Below, piece by piece: positions 8,586 through 19,060 of a DNA stretch of 64,000 nt. The translations under genes were made by a program, and so were the position numbers. The notes below the pieces were generated by a model, which did no database searches, had not been told where the DNA came from, and was given only the letters and a program-made list of their open reading frames with translations. The first letter of the stretch is position 1. The number at the start of each line of letters is the position of its first letter. The stretch is from an uncultured Pseudomonadales bacterium (GTDB taxonomy: Bacteria > Patescibacteriota > Microgenomatia > UBA1400 > PJMF01): positions 1,123-65,122 of the forward strand of contig CAYSMC010000033.1 in the NCBI GenBank assembly GCA_964432115.1. The letters run 5' to 3'.

Positions 8586-9914
8586 ATGTCAAAAAAGAAA
8601 TCCATTTTTATTGTTGTCGTTATTTTTTCTTTAGTTGTGGGTTTGACTGTGGGCCTGTTAATCAGTCATTATCGTGAGCAAATTCCCTTTATTAAAAATT
8701 TAATCAATAAACAATCAGTTAATGAGGAGAGCGAAAACACTTATTTAGCTTTTTTACAAGAGATTCGAGAAATAATTTTTGAAAATTATTGGGACAAAAT
8801 AAATGAGGCTCAATTTATTAAATTACATGTTTTAGCTATTGAAAAACTAACTGGAACTACTTTGGGTGATGGAATAGAAAATTATGAAGATTTAGACCAA
8901 AAAATTCTTGATCTATTAAATGAATATCAAGAAGAAGAGCTTAAACAAGATTTTACTGCCCAATTAGCAGATCTGGTTTTGACTAATTTAGAACCTTTTG
9001 GTCGGAGCCGACTTTATTCTCAGCAACTTGAGCAAGAATTAGTTGAGCGCGTAAGCAATATTGATCCTGAAGCTGATCATTACCAAGCTTTAGGTGTAGA
9101 AAAGAATGCATCGAGCGAAGAGATTAATCAGGCTTATGAGGAACAGCAGGAGATTTTGATAGAAGATGATGGTGAGGAGGCTCGAGCCAAACTAGCAGTC
9201 ATCCAACAAGCTCATAAAACTTTAGCTGATGAAGCTAATAGAAATCGTTATGATGAGGCAGGAGTTAATCCGACCATGGAGTGGCGTTTATTAAGTCCCG
9301 AAGTTTTCTATTTACATATAAAACAATTTTCTCCAAATACTGTTCAAGAACTTTTAGAGGTAACACAAAAAGTCGATGATCGGAGTGAAGAATTAGATTC
9401 TCTAATTTTAGATTTGAGAGCCAATGTTGGTGGGGCTATTGATGGTTTGCCATATTTTTTGGGTCCGTTTATAGGTCCAAACCAATATGCCTATCAATTT
9501 CTTCAACAGGGAGAGATTACTGATTACAAAACACGTAGTGACTGGTTGCCTTCTCTCATGCGCTATAAAAAAGTAGCAGTCCTAATTGACGATCAAGTGC
9601 AATCGACCGCAGAGGTAATGGCCAGTGTTTTAAAAAAATACAATGTCGGGGTATTGATCGGCAGCACTACTATGGGTTGGGGTACTGTAGAACGAGTGTT
9701 TCCTATCGAAAGGCAAATTAGTGACAGCAAACAATATTCGGTTTTTCTAGTGCATCATTTAACTTTACGTGAAGATGGGGTGGTAATTGAAGGTAATGGA
9801 GTTAATCCCATGATTAATGTTAAAGACGTTGGTTGGCAAAGACAGTTGGAGAGATATTTTGGTGATTCAGCTATTGTGCCGGCAATTATGGAACAATTTG
9901 CCGTTCAGGAATAA
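8586..9914 (+). CDS. S41-family C-terminal processing peptidase (Ctp/Tsp-like) with an embedded J-like domain
   Basis: N-terminal TM anchor. S41 motifs LILDLRANVGG and AEVMASVL...GSTTMGWGT. Residues around DHYQALGVEKNASSEEINQAYEE...RYDEAG align to the DnaJ J-domain but have IED where the HPD motif should be. Confidence 0.65.
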   Translation: MSKKKSIFIVVVIFSLVVGLTVGLLISHYREQIPFIKNLINKQSVNEESENTYLAFLQEIREIIFENYWDKINEAQFIKLHVLAIEKLTGTTLGDGIENYEDLDQKILDLLNEYQEEELKQDFTAQLADLVLTNLEPFGRSRLYSQQLEQELVERVSNIDPEADHYQALGVEKNASSEEINQAYEEQQEILIEDDGEEARAKLAVIQQAHKTLADEANRNRYDEAGVNPTMEWRLLSPEVFYLHIKQFSPNTVQELLEVTQKVDDRSEELDSLILDLRANVGGAIDGLPYFLGPFIGPNQYAYQFLQQGEITDYKTRSDWLPSLMRYKKVAVLIDDQVQSTAEVMASVLKKYNVGVLIGSTTMGWGTVERVFPIERQISDSKQYSVFLVHHLTLREDGVVIEGNGVNPMINVKDVGWQRQLERYFGDSAIVPAIMEQFAVQE

Positions 9915-9976
9915 AAACAGTAATTTTTTCTTGGTGAAATTAATTATGTATTAACGCAACTCAACTCGTTTAAGTT

Positions 9977-10471
9977 TTATATTTTGTTTAGACCCTCATC
10001 TATAGCCAACTTAATGAGTTCTTGAAACACAGTTGGATCAACTGTGTAAATAATAGCGAAAGCATTCACAAAAATAATTCCAGCCAACCAGCGAGTAAAT
10101 CGTCCTCGATTATTGCTAATTAAAACGACAGATAAAACTGCCATTAGGGTGGGACTAATAACCTGGATATTTCCCAGAGGCACACGATACCCGCGGATAT
10201 AAGTAGTGGATTTACCTAAAAATTCTGCTAAATCAAGGTCGATATTAAAGAAAACAAAAACTAATTCAGCAATTAATAAAGCCAACATTCCCCAAGCAGC
10301 AGCTTTAGTACTTTTACCTTCAGTTCGATAAACTTCATAAATAGCGGTGGGAATGAGTAAGATAATTGGAATCAGAGCTTGCTGGTATAACAATCCCAAA
10401 ATAATACCGACAATTGACAAAATAGTTAAAAAAATACAAATGGGAGTAGCGTTTTTAGTAGGTTTTGCCAT
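9977..10471 (-). CDS. hypothetical integral membrane protein (4 TM)
   Basis: 164-aa hydrophobic ORF with no recognisable family. Confidence 0.45.
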   Translation of the reverse strand: MAKPTKNATPICIFLTILSIVGIILGLLYQQALIPIILLIPTAIYEVYRTEGKSTKAAAWGMLALLIAELVFVFFNIDLDLAEFLGKSTTYIRGYRVPLGNIQVISPTLMAVLSVVLISNNRGRFTRWLAGIIFVNAFAIIYTVDPTVFQELIKLAIDEGLNKI

Positions 10472-10628
10472 ATGATTGTTAGTATAACATCACAAAAAAT
10501 ATCAAATTGAAGAAAAAACCGGAATCAGGCGATTAATCTTGAAATCAAGCCTTGTTTTTACTCAAAAAATTTTCTATACTGGTAGCAGTTAACAACTACT
10601 AGATTTTATCAATAAAGACCTGCCATTC

Positions 10629-12269
10629 ATGCTTAGGATTTTCAATTTACTGTATCAGAAAAAAACTAAACTCATTTCGCAAAGAGTTTACTTTTGTGAG
10701 TACGGAGCTTTTGTTTATTTAATAGTTCAAGATAAAGATACAGGAAAAATTATTAAATCGGCTAAAAGCAAAGATGGCTTTTTGTTCCGTAAGGTAAGGG
10801 TAAAAGAGGAAGTGGTCAAGCAGTATCCTCAATTAAAAAAGAAAAGACGAGCTTTTATTAGAGAGCGTTATGTGGATCATTTAGCTCCAGCCAGTGAGTT
10901 TATTGATAAATCCAAAATTAGTGTACAAAATGCTTTTAGAACTCCAGAGGGAGTGTTATTGTTTTACCATTATCATAATTATCAGTCCTATCAAGTTGGT
11001 GTAGCTGGTTTCACACATGATGACAATCCCCAATTAATTTGGCGCCATCACCAACCTGTTTGGGAGATGTATGATCAAGTGGCTGATAAAAAAATTGAAT
11101 TTATTGATTTGATAGAAATCAATGGTCAACTAATTGCCTATTGGTTAGTAGAAAATGAAGCAGTTTGGGCAACTGTATATCCGAATTATCGAATTACTGA
11201 ACAAATTGAAATTGTTAAAGGTTCACAACTTGATCGACCAAAAGCTAATCCATTAATTAGCCCTAATCCTGCTCACGATTGGGAATCCTTTACCACTTTT
11301 AATCCTGGGGCTCTCTATGACGCTGGAAAAGTTCACTTGTTGTATCGAGCACAAGGTCACGACTATGTTTCTTCGATCGGTTACGCCAGCAGTGCTGACG
11401 GGATACACATCGAGCAACAATTAGAAAAGCCAGTATTTATTCCCACCCAACCTTTTGAAATTCCAATTCAAGCTGGACAAGTCAATATGAAATTCATGTC
11501 TGCAGGTTATGGAGGTTGTGAAGATCCACGTTTAACTAGAATTGACGATCGAATTTACATGACTTATGTTGCTTTTAATGGTTATTCTGAACCACGAATC
11601 GCTATTAGTTCTATTTCGGTCAAAGACTTTCTTGATCATAATTGGTTGTGGACTCATCCAGTTTTGATTTCTCGACCGGGGGTAGTAACAAAGAGTGCTT
11701 GTATTTTGCCAGAAAAAATTGACGGCAAATATGTTATTTTTCATCGAGTTTTTCCCGATATTTTAATTGACTACCGCGACGATTTAGATTTCAATGATGG
11801 TCAATATTTGTCCTCTCAAAAAAAGATAAGTCCGCGCTCAGCTCTATGGTGGGACAGTCGAAAAATTGGTGTGGGTGCTCCTCCGCTTAAAACGAAAGAT
11901 GGATGGTTACTAATCTATCAATCTATTGATGACAAAGAAGGTCATCCATATAAGGTTGGAGCAATGTTGCTTGATTTGAACGATCCTAGCGAGGTTTTAC
12001 ATCGTTCTCGACAACCAATTCTTGAACCACAAGAATGGTATGACAATGATGGTTTTAAAGCAGGGGTGGTTTATCCTTGTGGCGCAGTGATTATTGGTGA
12101 AACTCTCTTTGTTTATTATGGAGGAGCAGATTCTAGAGTGTGCGTGGCCACTGCTAATTTAGAAGAGTTTTTAAATCAGCTTAAAAAAGAAGGTGAGGCA
12201 AAAGTTGAACCAACTGTAATTACCAAATTAGATCAAAAAAGTTTAGCTAAAAAAGGCTTTTTTTCGTAA
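10629..12269 (+). CDS. GH130-family glycoside phosphorylase-like protein (beta-mannoside phosphorylase family, DUF377) with a roughly 190-aa N-terminal extension
   Basis: GH130 signature SAGYGGCEDPRLTRIDDRIYMTY together with FNPGALYD and GAPPLKTKDGWLLIYQS, which are typical 5-bladed propeller motifs. Confidence 0.7.
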   Translation: MLRIFNLLYQKKTKLISQRVYFCEYGAFVYLIVQDKDTGKIIKSAKSKDGFLFRKVRVKEEVVKQYPQLKKKRRAFIRERYVDHLAPASEFIDKSKISVQNAFRTPEGVLLFYHYHNYQSYQVGVAGFTHDDNPQLIWRHHQPVWEMYDQVADKKIEFIDLIEINGQLIAYWLVENEAVWATVYPNYRITEQIEIVKGSQLDRPKANPLISPNPAHDWESFTTFNPGALYDAGKVHLLYRAQGHDYVSSIGYASSADGIHIEQQLEKPVFIPTQPFEIPIQAGQVNMKFMSAGYGGCEDPRLTRIDDRIYMTYVAFNGYSEPRIAISSISVKDFLDHNWLWTHPVLISRPGVVTKSACILPEKIDGKYVIFHRVFPDILIDYRDDLDFNDGQYLSSQKKISPRSALWWDSRKIGVGAPPLKTKDGWLLIYQSIDDKEGHPYKVGAMLLDLNDPSEVLHRSRQPILEPQEWYDNDGFKAGVVYPCGAVIIGETLFVYYGGADSRVCVATANLEEFLNQLKKEGEAKVEPTVITKLDQKSLAKKGFFS

Positions 12270-12330
12270 CCAGAGATTCAAGTTAAATATTAGTTACTGC
12301 AATAATAAGTTTTAAAAATAGAAAGCATTT

Positions 12331-14271
12331 ATGAGTCAAGCCAAGCAAGGTCTACAGTTTGAAAGACATCAAAAAAATCCAATTTTGTCTCCCAAGTCTG
12401 GTAAAGACTGGCAGGCTCGAGCGGTTTTTAACCCCAGCGTTGTCAAAGAAACTGAGGACAGCTACCATATGTTGTATCGGGCAGTGTCTAATGAAAAAGA
12501 ACAGACTGGTCAGTGGATGAGTTTGTCAACTATTGGCTATGCTGCAAGCAGAAATGGGCTTGATTTTTCAAACACTAGACAATTAATTGTGCCTGAATAT
12601 GATTGGGAAAAATTTGGCTGTGAAGATCCTCGAGTGACTTTTATTGATGGTCAATATTTTATTTTTTACACTGCCCTTTCAGATTTTCCTCATAGCGCAG
12701 ATGGCATTAGGGTGGCGGTAGCGATTAGCGATGATTTAAGAACTATTAAAGAAAAACATTTAGTCACTCACTTCAACGCTAAGGCCATGGCTTTATTCCC
12801 CGAAAAAATTAATGGTCAGTATGTAGCTGTTTTAACTCCAAATACCGATTTACCACCAGCCATGATTGCTGTTGCAAAATTTGATGAATTGGAAGATATT
12901 TGGTCGCCAGGATATTGGGAAAAATGGTATGAATGTATTGATCGTCATCAAATTAATTTGGAGCGTATTGACACTGACCAAATTGAAGTAGGAGGAGTGC
13001 CGATCAAGACTGAGGATGGTTGGTTGTTGCTCTATGCTCATATTCAAAACTATCCAACCGAAAACAAGCGAATTTTTGGTATCGAGGCAGCATTGCTAGA
13101 TTCAAAAAATCCTCAGGAGATTAAAGTTAGAACCAAGGGGCCCCTTCTAACCCCAGGTGTTAAATATGAGGCTGATGGCATGGTGCCCAATGTTATTTTT
13201 CCTTCATCAGCTTTGATTGAGGGTGATAAATTGCGTTTATATTATGGTGCAGCCGATACTCATTGTTCAGCTGCAGAAATCTCCTTAGCTGATCTAGTTA
13301 AAGAGATGAAAGCCAATCTTTTTAAAGAGAGCTATCACTTGGTCAAATATCATCGCAATCCAATTTTGATACCTCGCAGTGAAAATTTTTGGGAAGCCAA
13401 TTCAGTGTTTAATCCAGCTGCAGTATATGTCGGTGACAAATTTTATGTAGTTTATCGAGCCCAATCGCCGGACAATACTTCAACTTTGGGTTTGGCAGAA
13501 AGTGATGACGGCTTTAATTTCAAGCGTTACCACGAACCAATTTATGTACCACGAAAAGAATTCGAACAAAAAAGAGAACCAGGGAGATTATCTGGCTGTG
13601 AAGATCCTCGTATTACTCGCCTAGGAGATGAATTTTTGATGTTCTATACCGCCTACGATGGTATTAATCCACCAAGAGTAGCTCTAAGTTTAATTGCGGT
13701 CAATGATTTTGTTAATCATAACTGGCAATGGTCCGAACCCATAGTTATATCTTCACCAGAAATCGATAATAAAAACAGTTGCCTATTCCCAGAAAAAGTT
13801 AGAGGGCGCTATGTAATCTTACATAGAATGGCTGGTAAAGAGATTGCTATTGATTATCTTGATGATTTAAGTGAGTTGCAAACTGAAGGAGTGTGGTTGG
13901 AAAAAGAACAATCAATTGCTCCTAGAACAGAACACTGGGATGGTTTAAAAATTGGTATTGCTGGGCCACCACTTTTGGTAGATCAAGGATGGTTGCTGCT
14001 TTATCATGGTGTGTCAGATATTGATCATCATTATCGAGTGGGTTTCATGCTTTTAGATAGAGATGATCCAGGCAAAGTTTTGTATCGCTCACCTTATCCA
14101 ATTCTCAAACCAACTGAAGAATTTGAAAGAATTGGTGATGTTGATAATGTGGTGTTTCCCTGCGGGGCAGTGATTGTGAAAGGCACGTTGTTTGTCTACT
14201 ACGGCGGGGCAGATAAGGTGGTTTGTGTAGCCACAGCTGATTTAAGTGAGTTATTGGCGCAAATTAAGTAA
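12331..14271 (+). CDS. tandem-duplicated GH130-family glycoside phosphorylase-like protein
   Basis: Two complete GH130 repeats, each with a GCEDPR(V/I)T motif (FGCEDPRVTFIDGQYF and SGCEDPRITRLGDEFL). It is a paralogue of the upstream gene. Confidence 0.75.
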   Translation: MSQAKQGLQFERHQKNPILSPKSGKDWQARAVFNPSVVKETEDSYHMLYRAVSNEKEQTGQWMSLSTIGYAASRNGLDFSNTRQLIVPEYDWEKFGCEDPRVTFIDGQYFIFYTALSDFPHSADGIRVAVAISDDLRTIKEKHLVTHFNAKAMALFPEKINGQYVAVLTPNTDLPPAMIAVAKFDELEDIWSPGYWEKWYECIDRHQINLERIDTDQIEVGGVPIKTEDGWLLLYAHIQNYPTENKRIFGIEAALLDSKNPQEIKVRTKGPLLTPGVKYEADGMVPNVIFPSSALIEGDKLRLYYGAADTHCSAAEISLADLVKEMKANLFKESYHLVKYHRNPILIPRSENFWEANSVFNPAAVYVGDKFYVVYRAQSPDNTSTLGLAESDDGFNFKRYHEPIYVPRKEFEQKREPGRLSGCEDPRITRLGDEFLMFYTAYDGINPPRVALSLIAVNDFVNHNWQWSEPIVISSPEIDNKNSCLFPEKVRGRYVILHRMAGKEIAIDYLDDLSELQTEGVWLEKEQSIAPRTEHWDGLKIGIAGPPLLVDQGWLLLYHGVSDIDHHYRVGFMLLDRDDPGKVLYRSPYPILKPTEEFERIGDVDNVVFPCGAVIVKGTLFVYYGGADKVVCVATADLSELLAQIK

Positions 14272-14282
14272 AGTTTAATTAT

Positions 14283-16964
14283 TTAAATTTTATTTTTGCT
14301 GACAATTATTTTTCTGCCCAATTTATATAACTCACCAATCACAAACACTAAAATTGACAGTAAAACACCCTCAGTTATTTCTTTATTACTCAATGGTGTA
14401 AAGTTAAAAATATTAACTAAAAAGCTATTACTTAGAGCTAAATATAGCAAAAATAAGGATGCCGCCACCGCTGCTAGCAGGTATTTGTTTGTAAAAAAGC
14501 CAATGCTAAATACCGAGCGATCAAGCGAGCGCATGTTGAAGATGTTGATTAACTGAGTTAAACAAATCACCAAAAAAGCTCCAGTCCTTGCTTTTTCTAA
14601 GCCTTGAGGTAAAAGATCTATAAACATCCACATTGAACTTGCTACCATGCAAAAAATAATAGGAGTTAAAAAACCCAACATCTTTCTAGACAGAATATTT
14701 TCTTGTTTAGTTCTTGGTGGTTGAGCTAAAACATCTCCGTGTCCTGGTTCTGCAGCTAAAGCAATATCTACTAATCCATCAGTAACAAGGTTTACCCACA
14801 AAATTTGTGAAGCCAACAGTGGCAGAGGAAAACCAAAAGCGATGGAAATAATAATAATCAAATCTTCAGCCAAGTTGGTGGTGATTAAAAAGGCACTGGC
14901 CTGTCTTGTATTAACAAAAACCACTCTGCCTTCCTCAACTGCATCAATTAAAGAAGCAAAATTATCATCAGCTAGCACAATGTCGCTGGCTTCTCTGGCG
15001 ACATCAGTGCCAATTTTACCCATAGCAATGCCAATATTAGCTTTTTTCAGTGCCAAAACATCATTAACGCCATCACCAGTCATGGCTACTGTGTGTCCCA
15101 ATTTTTGCAATCTTTCCAAGATTTTCAGTTTCATATTGGGTGTGAGTCGAGCAAACACTGACACTTCTTCGATTGCTTGATCAAATTCTTCATCATTTAG
15201 CGTTTCTAAGTCATTCCCAGTCATTACTGAGGAATATTCACCAGTTTTCTCATTTTCAGCAATAATGCCAATTTGTTTAGCAATAGCTAAAGCAGTTTCT
15301 TTGTGGTCGCCAGTTTTCATGATGACTCTAATACCCGCTCCCTTTGCTTTTTTAATTGCTTCGGCCACCCCTTGGCGTGGGGGATCGATCATGCCCACAA
15401 AGCCAACAAAAACAAGATTGTTAATGGCATCTACCGAAAGATTTCGTTTGTCACTAGCAGTTGTTTTATAAGCATAAGCAATGACCCTCATAGCTTGAGC
15501 AGAGTATTTTTTAACTTCGTCCAAAGCATTCTGTTTATCTTGCTTGTTAAAATTTTTTATCTCTTTATTGACTAATTGTTTATTACAAAGTTCGATAATT
15601 GCTTCCGGAGCCCCACTGACCTCGATTTCTCTATTTTTTTCCTCTTCAATTAGGACTGCTTTTAGTTTTAATTCTTGATTGAAAGGCAATTGATCTACAA
15701 TTTTAGTTTCTTTTAATTGATCATTAAATTTAGCTTTGTAGGTTAAGATGGTTGAGGCTCCTTCAGTGGGATCACCGCTAATTTGGTAATTGGGCTCTTC
15801 CTTGCTGCCTTTATTAATTAGGCGAGCCCGACTATTTAGTCCAGCAATTGTAATTAATTTTTTTAAGGCATAATTTTTTAGAGGATTAATCGCTTTTTCA
15901 TCTTTGAAAAATTCACCCTCAGGATTCCAGCCAGAACCAGAAACAACAAAAGACTGATTTGTTAAGCAAATTTGTTCAATGGTCATGGTGTTTTGAGTCA
16001 GAGTGCCGGTTTTATCGGTGGCAATTACATCAGTAATACTTAAAGTTTCAGTAGCAGGAAGAGAGCGAACAATAGCTTTTTTATTAGCCATTCTTCTAGC
16101 TCCAGAAGCTAGAATAATGACTAAAACTGCTGGCAAACCCTCTGGAATACCAGAAACTAAAGAAGCTACGGCAAAGGTAAAGATATCAGCAAATGTCATA
16201 TCTCTAAAGAAGTAACCAATCACAAAGGTAAATAAAGCGCCAAAAATTGCAATCACAGACATTTGTTTAGCTAGGCGATCAGTTTTAACTTCAAAATGAG
16301 ATTTTTCTTTTTTAATTTCTCCAAGAGTTTTAGCAATTTGTCCAATAGCGGTGTGATTGCCAGTTTCAGTGACCACAAATTTGCCAAATCCACTAACAAC
16401 AAAAGTACTCATCCATACATAATTTTTGCGATCAGCCAAAGCAGTTTTATTAGCGATAGTTCGAATATTTTTTTCTACAGCAAAGGCTTCACCGGTTAAA
16501 GACGATTCAACTACTTGTAAATTGTTACTTTCAATCAATCTACCGTCAGCTGAAATCCGATCTCCTTCTTCAAGCAAGACAATATCGCCCGGAACTAGCT
16601 CTTTAGATGGAATTTCAATTAATTGTCCCTCTCTAAAAACCTTGCTAGTAGCAACAATAATTTCTTTTAGTGATTCGATAGCTTTATTGGCTTTAAATTC
16701 TTGAGCAAAGCCAATAATGGTGTTAACCAGCAAAACAAACAAGATCACGTAAGTATCAATAGTATGATCAAGAAAATAGGTAATGGTGGCTGCCATTAGC
16801 ATCACCAAGACTAATAAATTATTAAGCTGATGCCAAAGAATACTAAATATTAAATGTTTTGGTTTGTCGTCTGCAATTTCATTACTACCATATTTGTTTT
16901 GTCTTTTATCAACTTCGTCTTTACTTAAGCCTTTTTCTGGATCGGTATTAAATTTTTCTAACAC
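14283..16964 (-). CDS. cation-transporting P-type ATPase (P2-type, Ca2+/Mg2+-like)
   Basis: DKTGTLT phosphorylation motif, TGD, GDGVNDVLALKKANIGIAMG hinge, and 10 predicted TM helices. Confidence 0.9.
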   Translation of the reverse strand: MLEKFNTDPEKGLSKDEVDKRQNKYGSNEIADDKPKHLIFSILWHQLNNLLVLVMLMAATITYFLDHTIDTYVILFVLLVNTIIGFAQEFKANKAIESLKEIIVATSKVFREGQLIEIPSKELVPGDIVLLEEGDRISADGRLIESNNLQVVESSLTGEAFAVEKNIRTIANKTALADRKNYVWMSTFVVSGFGKFVVTETGNHTAIGQIAKTLGEIKKEKSHFEVKTDRLAKQMSVIAIFGALFTFVIGYFFRDMTFADIFTFAVASLVSGIPEGLPAVLVIILASGARRMANKKAIVRSLPATETLSITDVIATDKTGTLTQNTMTIEQICLTNQSFVVSGSGWNPEGEFFKDEKAINPLKNYALKKLITIAGLNSRARLINKGSKEEPNYQISGDPTEGASTILTYKAKFNDQLKETKIVDQLPFNQELKLKAVLIEEEKNREIEVSGAPEAIIELCNKQLVNKEIKNFNKQDKQNALDEVKKYSAQAMRVIAYAYKTTASDKRNLSVDAINNLVFVGFVGMIDPPRQGVAEAIKKAKGAGIRVIMKTGDHKETALAIAKQIGIIAENEKTGEYSSVMTGNDLETLNDEEFDQAIEEVSVFARLTPNMKLKILERLQKLGHTVAMTGDGVNDVLALKKANIGIAMGKIGTDVAREASDIVLADDNFASLIDAVEEGRVVFVNTRQASAFLITTNLAEDLIIIISIAFGFPLPLLASQILWVNLVTDGLVDIALAAEPGHGDVLAQPPRTKQENILSRKMLGFLTPIIFCMVASSMWMFIDLLPQGLEKARTGAFLVICLTQLINIFNMRSLDRSVFSIGFFTNKYLLAAVAASLFLLYLALSNSFLVNIFNFTPLSNKEITEGVLLSILVFVIGELYKLGRKIIVSKNKI

Positions 16965-17095
16965 TTTTTTTGTAGCTAATGCTATAGTAGGGAATTTTGG
17001 GCATACGACTATTTAGTGTAGCAAAATTAGTATCATGAAACAAGCTTTTCCTCTGGTTTTTATGAGGACTAGCTGATAAACTAAAGCGCATAGTT

Positions 17096-18937
17096 ATGTT
17101 TAAGAAAATACTTGAATACACCAAGCCTTATCGCAAAACCCTAATTTTTATTAGTGCTTTAATTGTAGTGATGGCTTTACTCAATCAGGTTGAGCCATTT
17201 ATTACTCGAGCTATTACTGATCGTCTAGTAGACAATCAGGATCGAGGCTTGTTTTCTTATATTGCTATTTTGCTTCTAGTGTTGTTAGTGGTCAAATTAA
17301 TTCAGTCAGGCCTAAATCGTTTGTCTTGGTATTTAACTAATATTTTTGTGATTAAGTTTGAGGCTAGTTTAAAGCAGTTGGGTTTTGATCATTTAATGCA
17401 ACTGTCGCTATCTTTTTATAATGAGCAAGAAACTGGCAAGGTAATGAGCAAGCTTGATCGAGGGGTAAATCGACTGACTTCAATTGTTAATAATTCAGGA
17501 ATGCATTTCATTCCTAGTGTTACTACTGCTTTAATGTCTTTTGCCATAGTTCTTTATTATGAATGGCGCATTGGCGTGATCACAGTCTTGGCCTTTGTGC
17601 CCTATGTGGCGATTAATCGTTGGCGTTTTGAGAAAAACAATAAGTTGGAGCGTCGCGAATATCGCTTATATGACAAGCAGTACGCGCATTTTTGGGAAGT
17701 TTTAAGCTCCATGGAGTTAATCAAATCGTTTCGGGCAGAAGAATTTGAAAAGCGTCGATTACAAGATTTTTTCAAAAAAATTATTAATATTCGCCGAGAA
17801 ATGGAAAAAAATACCAATCGCTCAGTAATTGGCGACATCATTTTGGAGTCATTGAGTTGGGCGATGTACGCTTACATTGTTTATATTACTTGGCAGGGGC
17901 AGATCACCATTGGTACTTTGATTTTATTGGTAGGGTTAATTCAAATGATTCGTCAACCATTATGGCAAATTAACTGGATTTTTTGGGAGGTTAAACGAGC
18001 GCAAATTGGTGCACGAGATTTTTTTAAAATTATGCATGTTAAGCCAGAGATAATTGACCCAGTTAAACCAGTCATAATTAAAAATGTGCGTGGAGAAATT
18101 ATTTTTGATAATGTGTCATTTACCTATCGACAAAATATGCACAATTATTTTGACAAATATTATGAAGAACAAGAACATAACAACACTAAAACAAACAAAA
18201 AAGAAGACTTAAATACTACGGGGTTACAAGTTTTTGATCAAGTTTCTTTCACAATTGAATCTGGTAAAATGACTGCATTTGTTGGTCCTTCCGGAGCCGG
18301 TAAAAGCACCATCGCTAGTTTGTTAATGCGCTTTTTTGATCCCGATGAAGGACGAATTCTCTTAGATGGTGTTGATCTAAAAAAATTTTGTCAACATGAT
18401 TTAAGATCACAAATGGGCTTAGTTAGTCAAAGTGCTTACCTCTTTGCGAGTTCAATTGAGGAAAATTTAAGATATGCTAAACCGCGTGCTACTGAAGAAG
18501 AGATGTGGAGAGCTTGTAGGATTGCCAGAGCTGATGAATTTATTGAAAAGTTTGATCAAGGTTTAAAAACTACTATTGGTGAGCGAGGTGTCAAACTTTC
18601 TGGTGGACAACGCCAAAGATTGTCTTTGGCAAGAACCATACTCCGCGATCCTAAAATTGTTATTTTGGATGAAGCAACTAGTGCTCTAGATTCAGAATCA
18701 GAAATGTATATTCAACAAGCTTTGACTGAAGTTTTGAAAGGGCGGACTTCGATCGTGATTGCTCACCGCTTATCAACGGTTCAACGCTCTGACAAGATCA
18801 TCGTCATTAAGGATCAACATTTATTAGAGCAAGGCACTCACCAACAATTACTCAAAAAAGATGGTTTATATGCGAGTTTGTTTAAAATCCAGTCGGGTGA
18901 TGTGGCAAAATTGAAGGAATGGGATTTGGTTAGATAA
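17096..18937 (+). CDS. ABC transporter ATP-binding/permease fusion (MsbA/exporter type)
   Basis: 6-TM domain followed by an NBD with Walker A GPSGAGKST, signature LSGGQRQRLSLAR and Walker B ILDEATSALD. A roughly 30-aa insert precedes Walker A. Confidence 0.9.
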   Translation: MFKKILEYTKPYRKTLIFISALIVVMALLNQVEPFITRAITDRLVDNQDRGLFSYIAILLLVLLVVKLIQSGLNRLSWYLTNIFVIKFEASLKQLGFDHLMQLSLSFYNEQETGKVMSKLDRGVNRLTSIVNNSGMHFIPSVTTALMSFAIVLYYEWRIGVITVLAFVPYVAINRWRFEKNNKLERREYRLYDKQYAHFWEVLSSMELIKSFRAEEFEKRRLQDFFKKIINIRREMEKNTNRSVIGDIILESLSWAMYAYIVYITWQGQITIGTLILLVGLIQMIRQPLWQINWIFWEVKRAQIGARDFFKIMHVKPEIIDPVKPVIIKNVRGEIIFDNVSFTYRQNMHNYFDKYYEEQEHNNTKTNKKEDLNTTGLQVFDQVSFTIESGKMTAFVGPSGAGKSTIASLLMRFFDPDEGRILLDGVDLKKFCQHDLRSQMGLVSQSAYLFASSIEENLRYAKPRATEEEMWRACRIARADEFIEKFDQGLKTTIGERGVKLSGGQRQRLSLARTILRDPKIVILDEATSALDSESEMYIQQALTEVLKGRTSIVIAHRLSTVQRSDKIIVIKDQHLLEQGTHQQLLKKDGLYASLFKIQSGDVAKLKEWDLVR

Positions 18938-19060
18938 TATAATTTAACAGAAAAAATTGTTCGATAAAAAATTGTTTGTTTTGATTAATTTTTTTGAGTT
19001 TTACCTTATTTTTCATTTAATTTTGTAGTATATTATGATCAAGTCAATGAAAGGATTTTT

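Noticed and set aside
14296-16704. Several 60-110-aa plus-strand ORFs inside the P-type ATPase gene
   Set aside because: They are embedded antisense in a strongly supported 893-aa gene and show no homology.
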